A DNA stretch of 50,660 nucleotides from Opitutia bacterium UBA1276. Lineage in GTDB: Bacteria; Verrucomicrobiota; Verrucomicrobiia; Opitutales; Seribacteraceae. The notes below the pieces were generated by a model, which saw only the letters and a program-made list of their open reading frames with translations, was not told the origin of the DNA and made no database searches. Shown here piece after piece: positions 19,342-27,690 of the stretch. Where the stretch lies: NCBI GenBank assembly GCA_002308735.1, contig DBVA01000067.1, positions 1-50,660 of the forward strand, read 5' to 3'. Numbering within the stretch: the first letter of the stretch is position 1; each line of letters starts with the position of its first letter. The translations under genes and the position numbers were made by a program.

Positions 19342-20715
19342 CTAACAAGCGGAACGATTGAAATATTTCCGGCAAAGAAGCCGCCAAGCTATGATGAAAA
19401 ATGCGGTTAGTGGAATGCCAAAAATCATGCCTAGAATACCTCCCAAGGCAGTTCCCCAAAAGAAAATTGAAACAATTACCACCACTGGATGCAAACCCGT
19501 TTGCTGACCCATAATTTTGGGGGTCAGGTAATAACTTTCAAGCAATTGAACGAGGGCGAAGGAGAGGCCACATCCAAGCAGTAAGTTCCATTGACCACTC
19601 TCGGCAATTCCATCCGGTTGTAAATAGGCAACCAGTAAAGTCACGATCACCCCAACAATAGATCCGAGATAAGGCACGATGTTTAATAAGCCAAATAAAA
19701 GACCTAGGGTAATGGCAAACTTCAATCCACTCAGACTAAATCCAATGGCATAGCCTACGCCCATCAATAACCCGATCAGTAACTGCCCTCGAAAGAACGC
19801 TACCAAAATTCCTACAAACTCACGCACTAAAAAAATGATATCCTCTCGTACCGAGGCAGATATGAACCTAAGTTCTTTTTCCAAGTCCTCTAGTAAATTA
19901 CGGTTGGAACTAAGAAAGTAGAACAAATAAATAGGAATTACTGCGAGGTAGGTCATTTTGGTAAATATACCCATTAATCCGAGCCAAGCGGATTTTAGAA
20001 CCTCCGCTGATTTTTCTGCAATAGCTCCGCCCTTGCTTTCGAGGGTCTCCATGGTCTGGTTCTTCATTTCCAAACTCTTTTGATCTAAATAAGCAAGGCG
20101 ATCCGCCTTTGTCTTGTAAGAGAAAAACTCCGTTTTTTCCAAGTCTCCCAGTTCACGAAAGGTGGTACGCTCCTCGATAGACAAGGTGACATATATTTTC
20201 TTTTCGGATGCATTGAGATCCAATCGACCAGTTCCCTGACTTGGAGCTAAGGTAGCCCCCCAGTATTCCTTAAAAGATTCAAACTGGCCTGAAATTGACT
20301 CCCAAGTTTCAGGTGGTAAGTGTTCCTTACCTTTCTCTTCCAAGCGGTCCGGCCACTCCGAAGCGGAACCAATAAAGTCTTGCGTTTGCCGAATAATTTT
20401 CCCTCCCAAGAACCAAGTCGCCGAGCCAGCGGTAGCAAGTACCAAAAAATAAAGGGTAACAATGGAAATAAATCGTCCCATTCCCATTTTTTCTTCCAGG
20501 AAAGTAACAATCGGGCGAAGCAAAATTGCAAGCATTCCGGAAAGGGCAAGCGACCAAATTACTCCGGAAAAAAAAGTAAAAGCTTGGTTCAGCATGTAGA
20601 CCACGAATGTCAGTAAGCATCCCAATGCAAGAACCCCGGCAAAGCAAAGTACGAATGCCAAGAACTGCCCTTGTCGCTCACCTAACAAAAAACCGGATTT
20701 ATTTTCTTCACTCAT
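19342..20715 (-). CDS. AI-2E (PerM/UPF0118) family transporter
   Basis: AILLRPIV, FFRGQLL, NIVPYLG and LESYYLTPKIMGQQTGLHP...GGILGMIFGIPL. Confidence 0.92.
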   Translation of the reverse strand: MSEENKSGFLLGERQGQFLAFVLCFAGVLALGCLLTFVVYMLNQAFTFFSGVIWSLALSGMLAILLRPIVTFLEEKMGMGRFISIVTLYFLVLATAGSATWFLGGKIIRQTQDFIGSASEWPDRLEEKGKEHLPPETWESISGQFESFKEYWGATLAPSQGTGRLDLNASEKKIYVTLSIEERTTFRELGDLEKTEFFSYKTKADRLAYLDQKSLEMKNQTMETLESKGGAIAEKSAEVLKSAWLGLMGIFTKMTYLAVIPIYLFYFLSSNRNLLEDLEKELRFISASVREDIIFLVREFVGILVAFFRGQLLIGLLMGVGYAIGFSLSGLKFAITLGLLFGLLNIVPYLGSIVGVIVTLLVAYLQPDGIAESGQWNLLLGCGLSFALVQLLESYYLTPKIMGQQTGLHPVVVIVSIFFWGTALGGILGMIFGIPLTAFFIIAWRLLCRKYFNRSAC

Positions 20716-20830
20716 GTGTAGTTTCCTTGTGTTTGCTTGTCATTTGAATTTATAAAGAGATATCTCCTTTCATGTCCGTTCTATGAAACCAAGTCAAACG
20801 AATCACTAGATCAGAAACGCTTTATCTCCA

Positions 20831-22852
20831 ATGCCTTTCTCTCGATTCTTATTCTCTACCCTGTTAGCTTTTGCATTCAATCTTTTACTGTCAGCAGAGC
20901 ATTCAAACTTTTCTCTAACGGATGAAGTTAGGGCTGTTTATCAAGCGATTGTTCGTATCGAAGTAGTTTCAGAAAAAGGGTCGGGAGGAAGAATGATGAA
21001 AGCACGCTCCACTGGGAGTGGAGTCATTATTAGTAATGATGGACTTGTTTTAACCAACCATCATGTAGCTGGCAAAGCCTCCCGTTTGACCTGTCGCCTT
21101 CACAATGGAGATGAATTAATGGCCGATTTGCTTGGTGCCGATGCCATGACTGATCTTGCGTTGTTACGCCTCCGTTTAAACGAAAATGGATCCAATTCAG
21201 AACCACTCAAGATCGCGGAGTTTGGAAATTCACATAAGGTAAAGGTTGGCGATACTTGCTTTGCCATGGGTAGTCCTGCCGGTTTATCTCAATCGGTCAC
21301 CAAAGGAATCATTTCCAACGTTGCCTTGATTTCAGCGGGGAGCCAATCCTTTCGCTTGGATGGTGAAAATGTCGGAGAATTAGTAAGATGGCTGGGGCAT
21401 GACGCGGTCATTTACCCAGGCAATAGTGGTGGACCACTGGTAGATCGATTTGGTAAGATCATCGGAATCAATGAAGTCGGGATCGGAAGCCTCGGTGGAG
21501 CCATCCCTTCTAATCTGGCAAAATCAGTGGCTAAGAAATTGGAGTCGCAAGGTTATGTTTCCCGTTCTTGGATTGGACTCGAATGCCAACCACTGATTGA
21601 AAATAAAACTTCTGGCATTTTGGTTTCTGGAATAATCTCGGGCTCTCCAGCCGAGAAAGCCGGGCTTATGGCGGGTGACTTAATTACCCAATACGACCAA
21701 AAAAAAGTATCGGCCACAATCCCCGAAGATATCCCCATTTTCAACCAGCTCGTTTATTCCAAACCGGCAAATAAAGAAGTTAAAGTTCTGGGCCTTCGAG
21801 ATGGCAAAAAAAAAGAATGGAAAATAACTCCCTCTCACCGAGAACCGGCATATGCGAAGGAAAAGGAACTAAAAAGTTGGGGCCTTACCATCCGAAACTT
21901 TACCTTGATGTCGTCCCTAGAAGCTCAAAGAAATAAAAAAACAGGCGTTCAGGTTCACTCCACGAACCGGGGGGGGCCCTCAGCAAGCGCAAAGCCTGGC
22001 TTAGTTCCAGGCGATGTAATCTTAGAAGTGAATGGAAAACCGATTGATCATACCAAGGATCTTATTGAAGCCACTCGGAAACTAACCCGGGGCAAGAGGG
22101 AACCCGTTCCCGTGATCGTTCGTTTCGAGAGAAATTTGGCTCAACTTCTTACGGTTGTAAAAATCGGTCCGGAAGCGGAAGAAAATCAACCCGTACAAGC
22201 ATGGAAGCCATGGTTGGGTGTATCCACACAAGTAATCACACGAGATCTTTCATCCGCTCTGGGGTTACCACGAACCACCCGTGGCGTTCGAGTTGCTCAA
22301 GTTTTCCCAGAATCTCCCGCCGAGCAATCTGGGCTTCAATGGGATGACCTTCTTTTTCGAATCGATGGACAAGTCATTCAGTCTTACCGAGTGGAAGACG
22401 CAGAAGTATTTGGAAACATGCTCAAGCAATATAAAATCAACTCCACGATTACACTAAGTGGTCAAAGAAACGGTGAAGCATTTGATTTGCAGGTAACTCT
22501 CAATAAGCGGCCTGAACCGCCCAATGAACTCCCCAAGTATGAAGAGGAAACCTTTGAATTTACCCTTCGTGAGCTTTCCTTTGGAGATCGTGTCAACCGT
22601 CGCCTAGACTTAAACCAATCCGGACTCGTCATCGAAAATGTTGAACCGGCAGGCTGGGGAGCCTTAGGTGGGCTTAGGCAAGGTGATCTTCTCCTTCGAG
22701 TAGAGAAAAATTCCGTGGATTCCGTAGAAGGCTTCGAAAAGATTATGAATCGACTGATTACTCAGCGAAAGAAAAGTGTAGTATTCTTTATCCGCAGGGG
22801 CATCCACACTCTCTTTCTTGAGCTCGAACCGGATTGGGATCAAGGGGGCTAA
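20831..22852 (+). CDS. HtrA/DegP-like serine protease with about four PDZ domains
   Basis: Signal peptide. Intact catalytic triad TNHHV / DLAL / GNSGGPL. Repeated SPA..GL..GD PDZ motifs. Confidence 0.92.
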   Translation: MPFSRFLFSTLLAFAFNLLLSAEHSNFSLTDEVRAVYQAIVRIEVVSEKGSGGRMMKARSTGSGVIISNDGLVLTNHHVAGKASRLTCRLHNGDELMADLLGADAMTDLALLRLRLNENGSNSEPLKIAEFGNSHKVKVGDTCFAMGSPAGLSQSVTKGIISNVALISAGSQSFRLDGENVGELVRWLGHDAVIYPGNSGGPLVDRFGKIIGINEVGIGSLGGAIPSNLAKSVAKKLESQGYVSRSWIGLECQPLIENKTSGILVSGIISGSPAEKAGLMAGDLITQYDQKKVSATIPEDIPIFNQLVYSKPANKEVKVLGLRDGKKKEWKITPSHREPAYAKEKELKSWGLTIRNFTLMSSLEAQRNKKTGVQVHSTNRGGPSASAKPGLVPGDVILEVNGKPIDHTKDLIEATRKLTRGKREPVPVIVRFERNLAQLLTVVKIGPEAEENQPVQAWKPWLGVSTQVITRDLSSALGLPRTTRGVRVAQVFPESPAEQSGLQWDDLLFRIDGQVIQSYRVEDAEVFGNMLKQYKINSTITLSGQRNGEAFDLQVTLNKRPEPPNELPKYEEETFEFTLRELSFGDRVNRRLDLNQSGLVIENVEPAGWGALGGLRQGDLLLRVEKNSVDSVEGFEKIMNRLITQRKKSVVFFIRRGIHTLFLELEPDWDQGG

Positions 22853-23632
22853 ATGATTATGAAATTTTTTCTTTGTATCTTTTTATTTACCACGATCTTG
22901 GGTCATGGAAAAAACGCAGAAAAGAAAAATTCTGAAACGATTTGGCGCACTTTGCTCACAGAACATGCAAATTGTGTAACTTGGGTATCGGCCACCGTTC
23001 GAGTTGAGGTAAGTGTTGGCGGCAGAAGCCTCCCTCCCCAGGAACAAAAGCTTGAAGCCCTGGGAACCATCATTGCAGATGATGGCCTTACGGTCCTTTC
23101 CCTTACCAAAGTCGACCCAACTTCGAATATCATCTCCCGACTTCGTAGCCCTGGAGCATCCGTACAAGTTCATTACACTGAAGTTTTGATCTTAATGCAG
23201 GACGGCAGTGAAATTCCGGCCCGCTTACTTCTTAAAGACATGGATTTAGATTTGGCCTTCCTCTTGCCAATCACGGAAACCGAAGAAAGTTCCGAGAAAT
23301 TCACCTTCTCTGCTACTCCAGGTTGGAATCGTGCTAAAAACCCTCCAACTCCTGAAATTCTGAACGAAGTAGTTTCAATTTCAAAATTAGGTCGTAACCT
23401 ATATCGCCAATCCACCCTACGGAGAGGATGGGTTAATGCTGTAATCGAAAAACCCCGCCCATACTTCGTGATCGAGAACACAGAACCAGGAACTCCAGTA
23501 TTTGACCATCGCGGACGGTGGTTAGGGGTGGTAGTTTATAAGATGGATTCCGGAAGACCGACTGCGGTTGTTACCCTTCCGATAGAGGATATTATGGAAA
23601 TTGCAGAACAAGTCCGGTCCCGGAATCAATAA
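22853..23632 (+). CDS. Secreted trypsin-like fold protein lacking the catalytic His and Ser (pseudoprotease)
   Basis: LGTIIADDGLTVLS, EIPARLLLKDMDLDLAFL and PGTPVFDHRGRWLGV follow the HtrA protease pattern, but there is no TNxHV or GNSGG. Confidence 0.75.
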   Translation: MIMKFFLCIFLFTTILGHGKNAEKKNSETIWRTLLTEHANCVTWVSATVRVEVSVGGRSLPPQEQKLEALGTIIADDGLTVLSLTKVDPTSNIISRLRSPGASVQVHYTEVLILMQDGSEIPARLLLKDMDLDLAFLLPITETEESSEKFTFSATPGWNRAKNPPTPEILNEVVSISKLGRNLYRQSTLRRGWVNAVIEKPRPYFVIENTEPGTPVFDHRGRWLGVVVYKMDSGRPTAVVTLPIEDIMEIAEQVRSRNQ

Positions 23633-23681
23633 GTTTTAACATTGCCGACTCTGATGTGAGCATCCTAATATAAAACTCCTC

Positions 23682-25040
23682 ATGTTTCCATCCATGCAAA
23701 ACTCTATCGCTTGGAGGTTGTCAGCTAGCTTCTTTCTACTGGCTATATTTGATTCCTGTTCAGAAAAAAGACTGTCATCGGATGATGTGGAATATCGCAA
23801 AGATGACTTCGGAAATGAAATCCTTTATGCCATTGATGACGATGAACCTTTTGGCCAAGGAAAACGGGCTTATGTGACTGAAAAATATGACAACGGACAA
23901 ATCCGTTTTGAGATCGGTTTTGTAAATGGTTTAAAGGATGGAAAAGTCGAATTCTGGCAAACAAATGGGCTACCAGAACTAAGCGGATCCTATGCCAAGG
24001 GTAAAAGGGACGGCCTTTTCACCGCCTATGGAAAAATTGGGGAAATCGTTTACAGTAAAAGCTTTATAAATGACAAATTGGAAGGGAATTTCACCTTGTA
24101 TTATCCCGCGTCTAACAGTGATAAGGCTCGATTCTTTGAGAAACTATATGAAGTCCGGTCAGGAAAATCTTATTTTTCTTGGAATCGCTTGAAAAATTTA
24201 TTTTCCTCCGAAAAAGTGGATCCTGAAGAAATCAAGGTCACCAACCATTTGCGACTAGAGGCTCAATTTCATCAAGATTTTCCAGTCGGTCCCTATCGTG
24301 CTTTTTTTCATCCAGGTAATCTTCAACTCAGTCAGGAAGAATTATTAAAGGAAGATGGTTTCTTCTCCGATTTGAACCGCAGTAAGGGTCAACTGATTGA
24401 GCAACAGCGTTTTTATTATCCCCGTGCTTCCGGTCTCGTTGTTATTCTCCCCGACAAAGTCAGGCTGGATACCATTCATCCCACCACCAGAGACGGGTTT
24501 TCGCGGGCCATTGATGAGGCAACCAAGTCAATCCTCGAAATCCCGGCCTATCGAAATAAAGATAAGGAACCGGCTCTGGTTTACACGATTGATAGTAGGG
24601 GTAATGAAATTGTTCCCATTTGGTCCTCTCACATAAAAGAATTTGCGGTTCGAAATTTAGATGGCTTTCTTTTGCCCAAAAAATTTCTCAAGACCACCTA
24701 TGAAGCGTATCTGGATGAGGTCATTCCTTTTACTGAAGAGTGGATGGTTCAACTCGATCTTAGTCAGGACCCAAGAATAGACGCATACATTCAAGATGGG
24801 GCATCCGTCGATATTGTTGGTCTTAATGAAAGAGGAGAAATTATTGATATTTTTTGGAGTAGTCCCCGCAAAGAATCTACGGATACCTTGGACAAAAGAA
24901 TCTTTGCCAAACGAATTAAGATACTGAGAGATTGGGAGGAAGGAAGTTCCTCACAAGCAGACTGGTTGATGAATAATGGCTCCAAGCTCTTTCTACGTGG
25001 CAAGTCTTCTTTGACCACCTGGAAATCTTCACCCTATTAA
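23682..25040 (+). CDS. Probable lipoprotein with MORN-variant (YwqK-like) repeats and an unknown duplicated C-terminal domain
   Basis: Signal ending AIFDSC. Repeats YDNGQIRFEIGFVNGLKDG, WQTNG..GSYAKGKRDG and FINDKLEG. Confidence 0.7.
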   Translation: MFPSMQNSIAWRLSASFFLLAIFDSCSEKRLSSDDVEYRKDDFGNEILYAIDDDEPFGQGKRAYVTEKYDNGQIRFEIGFVNGLKDGKVEFWQTNGLPELSGSYAKGKRDGLFTAYGKIGEIVYSKSFINDKLEGNFTLYYPASNSDKARFFEKLYEVRSGKSYFSWNRLKNLFSSEKVDPEEIKVTNHLRLEAQFHQDFPVGPYRAFFHPGNLQLSQEELLKEDGFFSDLNRSKGQLIEQQRFYYPRASGLVVILPDKVRLDTIHPTTRDGFSRAIDEATKSILEIPAYRNKDKEPALVYTIDSRGNEIVPIWSSHIKEFAVRNLDGFLLPKKFLKTTYEAYLDEVIPFTEEWMVQLDLSQDPRIDAYIQDGASVDIVGLNERGEIIDIFWSSPRKESTDTLDKRIFAKRIKILRDWEEGSSSQADWLMNNGSKLFLRGKSSLTTWKSSPY

Positions 25041-25047
25041 GCCCCTT

Positions 25048-26001
25048 TTACTTAGACCCCTGCTCAAATGGATTGACTGATGGTACGGGGGCTTGAGCTG
25101 GAGCAGATTCAAAAGGATTGACTGAGGGTTTGGGTGCGACATCAAATGGGTTCACTTTTGGTTTACCCTGAGTATCAAAAGGATTAGCAGACGGTACGGG
25201 AGCGGCATCAAATGGATTAACTGTGGATTTGGGAGCGACATCAAATGGATTAACCTTTGGTGCACTCTGAATATCAAATGGATTAGCAGACGGTACGGGA
25301 GCGGCATCAAATGGATTAACCGTGGGCTTGGGTGCGATATCAAATGGATTGCTAACGGGAGGGGGAATTGGCATTTCAGATTCTTTCAACAGGGGGGGTA
25401 AATCCTCAACCTCATAAAAAAGGGGCTCTTGATATCCTTCCAGATTCAGCAAGCTTTCAAAACGGGGTCGAAGGTCGTAACTCCAGCGGAAACGAAGTAA
25501 ACCCTCATCACTTCTTTCCACTAATTCTTCTCTGGACTTGCCGTCATAACCTCCACCATTTTCAGGGTAGCCCCCAATCCAACGCAGATAGAAACGCCAT
25601 GGTATCCGATCTTCCGGGTTTTCAAAATCAACCCAATGGTCGCCAATTTCGATGAGCTTCCCAGTAAACACCCCTTTACTCTCTCTGGGAAAGACCACAT
25701 CCAGCTCTTCAATCCGTAAGTGTCCATCATGTCTCCATTTTAAACGGATACGGTTTCCGACTACTGTATCTTTTATAACCCCAAGAATGTAAGGGTCGAA
25801 GCCACCATCTTTACTTGGGCTTCCTCCGTGCCAAGGAGCTAAGTATCGGTTTCGAAACCCACTATCCTCAATTACCTCAATCCAAGCCTCTCCCTTGCTA
25901 TCAAGAATACCAAGCAATTCACCTTGTTGCTTCTTGGGAATGGCAAAAAGAGGGTAAGAAAAACTTACCAAAATCAAAAGGTGCATCGACTTGAACCGCA
26001 T
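25048..26001 (-). CDS. Secreted hypothetical protein with a duplicated N-terminal domain and a C-terminal NPF-repeat tail
   Basis: Signal peptide from ATG 26001 (MRFKSMHLLILVSFSYPLFA), two ~80-aa repeats and nine NPF motifs. Confidence 0.8.
   Translation of the reverse strand: MRFKSMHLLILVSFSYPLFAIPKKQQGELLGILDSKGEAWIEVIEDSGFRNRYLAPWHGGSPSKDGGFDPYILGVIKDTVVGNRIRLKWRHDGHLRIEELDVVFPRESKGVFTGKLIEIGDHWVDFENPEDRIPWRFYLRWIGGYPENGGGYDGKSREELVERSDEGLLRFRWSYDLRPRFESLLNLEGYQEPLFYEVEDLPPLLKESEMPIPPPVSNPFDIAPKPTVNPFDAAPVPSANPFDIQSAPKVNPFDVAPKSTVNPFDAAPVPSANPFDTQGKPKVNPFDVAPKPSVNPFESAPAQAPVPSVNPFEQGSK
25060..25353 (-). repeat. Coding tandem repeat: 33-bp unit (NPFD-x7) with a 99-bp higher-order period
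   Basis: The 41-nt string GGATTAGCAGACGGTACGGGAGCGGCATCAAATGGATTAAC is identical at 25181 and 25280. A TCAAATGGATT-like core recurs about every 33 bp. Confidence 0.95.
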
Positions 26002-26035
26002 AATTCTTTTTTTAATTACTGATACCCAGACAAAA

Positions 26036-27253
26036 CTAGCTTGGCAAGTACGCATCCGGCACCTCCTGAAAACAAACGGGGCGTTGGAAGCGGGAAAGTA
26101 GCAAACGAGCCTCCAAGTCTTGTTTACTTTTCAAATTCGCACAGGTCGAATTTGTGGTAACTGCTGCAATGTTTAAATCCTTGGCAGTTGGAAAACAATG
26201 CAAGGACAGGAGATTGGATTGAAACTCAATTTCCTCGATTAAGCCATCCATATCCTTCTCATCGATACAGGAGCCAAAGATTTGAACTGGACGCACATTC
26301 TCTAATCTGTTGAAAAGCTCCGAACATTCTTTCAAAGAGTTGTAGAAGAAAACCTGGATACCATTCGATTTCTCTTCCATATTCAAATCCTGTTCTCCGC
26401 AAAAATTTGACAATGTTTTCAAATTAAAATGGGTAAATTCCTGCGCGAGTGTAGCCCGCCAATTCTCAAACCCGCTTGTTTCCAGTTCTTGCGGGAGAAG
26501 CAAAATATTCGGATGAAGAATTCCAGCTCCCTTACAACCCTTGGAAAACTCGAGGTAATTAGATAACAGTCCGGATTGTTTTTCTTGGTCAAATTCTGGA
26601 AGCAAGAGCATAATATTGCCATGTTGTTCCCTTTCAAAAATTGGACAAGGAGACAGCATCTCATCGCAGATGGAATGTAATATTTTCTTATTTTCTAATT
26701 CTGAGGTATCCATAACCAAAGCTTGGAATGAGAAATGGGAAAAAATTTCTGTGAATACTTTTGAATCCGCTTGCTCCACCATGGAAAATAATTTTGCGGA
26801 ATAGCCTACCTTTTGCATCGCATGCTCAAGCCCTTCGATGATTTTTTTTATATCCTCACAAAGAATTCCATTAACTGCCAAGACAACCGGACAACCTGCT
26901 AACAAAGCAGGTAAGACCTGTAGTGAAATCGTAAAGGACAAGGGGACACAACCCTCTTCAGCATAGATAAAGACAGGACCAATAGGTCTTAAAACCGAAC
27001 GCATTTCAGGTTTTGGCACCGGTTCCCCCTCAGGATCTCCCCCATCTAAAATAAAATTCAGCCAATCCTCATTCTTAATCATTGCTCTAAATCCATGAAT
27101 GATCTCGGTGATGTTCCCAGCAATGCCACTATTTTCAAAGGAAAGATTTTCTATATTTTCCCCGAAAGAATCAAGCAGTTGAAGCCTTGCTCCATGATCG
27201 ACAAAATGAATCGATTCATTTTCAACCTTGATTTTCGGACTTTTCGGTTTCAC
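26036..27253 (-). CDS. Divergent aldehyde dehydrogenase homologue (alpha-ketoglutaric semialdehyde dehydrogenase-like), probably inactive
   Basis: MRSVLRPIGPVFIY, ALLAGCPVVL and RFQRPVCFQEVPDAYLP match KGSADH-family segments. The SNFP, FTGS and GQFC motifs are absent. Confidence 0.7.
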   Translation of the reverse strand: MKPKSPKIKVENESIHFVDHGARLQLLDSFGENIENLSFENSGIAGNITEIIHGFRAMIKNEDWLNFILDGGDPEGEPVPKPEMRSVLRPIGPVFIYAEEGCVPLSFTISLQVLPALLAGCPVVLAVNGILCEDIKKIIEGLEHAMQKVGYSAKLFSMVEQADSKVFTEIFSHFSFQALVMDTSELENKKILHSICDEMLSPCPIFEREQHGNIMLLLPEFDQEKQSGLLSNYLEFSKGCKGAGILHPNILLLPQELETSGFENWRATLAQEFTHFNLKTLSNFCGEQDLNMEEKSNGIQVFFYNSLKECSELFNRLENVRPVQIFGSCIDEKDMDGLIEEIEFQSNLLSLHCFPTAKDLNIAAVTTNSTCANLKSKQDLEARLLLSRFQRPVCFQEVPDAYLPS

Positions 27254-27420
27254 TAGACGAAATCAAAGATGACTTTTCGAAATTGGCAAGTCCCCTATTC
27301 TAACTTCTGGGTTTAGCCTTTAATTCCGAAATAATCTGACCCAAGGGGTTAAAAAATAAATAACTAATAAAGTTATTTTTCTAGTTGATTTATATTTTTT
27401 CATATTTTATTCAGTCGATT

Positions 27421-27651
27421 ATGAGCAACAAAGATGTAAGAGAAGAGATCCTTGAATTTAGGATCGAGTATAGAGAAGCCAATACTGAGTTGGTATCAGA
27501 GAAACATTTTTCTGCTGGCAATGCTAGTACTGCCATCGAAATGTTCAATTTTGCCTGTAAAAAAGATGAGGTTACCGCAGAAGTCGAAAAAATTGAAGTT
27601 TGGAACCGCTGGGCAAATCGATGGGATCCGGTCGAGGAAGAAATGGAATAG
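27421..27651 (+). CDS. Small acidic hypothetical protein
   Basis: 76-aa ORF from ATG 27421 after an AT-rich leader, ending IEVWNRWANRWDPVEE. Confidence 0.7.
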   Translation: MSNKDVREEILEFRIEYREANTELVSEKHFSAGNASTAIEMFNFACKKDEVTAEVEKIEVWNRWANRWDPVEEEME

Positions 27652-27690
27652 AATAATGCACCGATCTTCTATTCCAATAGAGAGAAGGTT

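Noticed and set aside
23682-25040. YwqK 'antitoxin' implying a toxin-antitoxin system
   Set aside because: The resemblance reflects generic MORN-variant repeats, and there is no adjacent toxin.
25060-25353. Regularly spaced DNA repeats resembling a CRISPR array
   Set aside because: The period is 33/99 bp and in frame within an ORF, the 'spacers' are related to each other, and there are no cas genes. It is a coding repeat.
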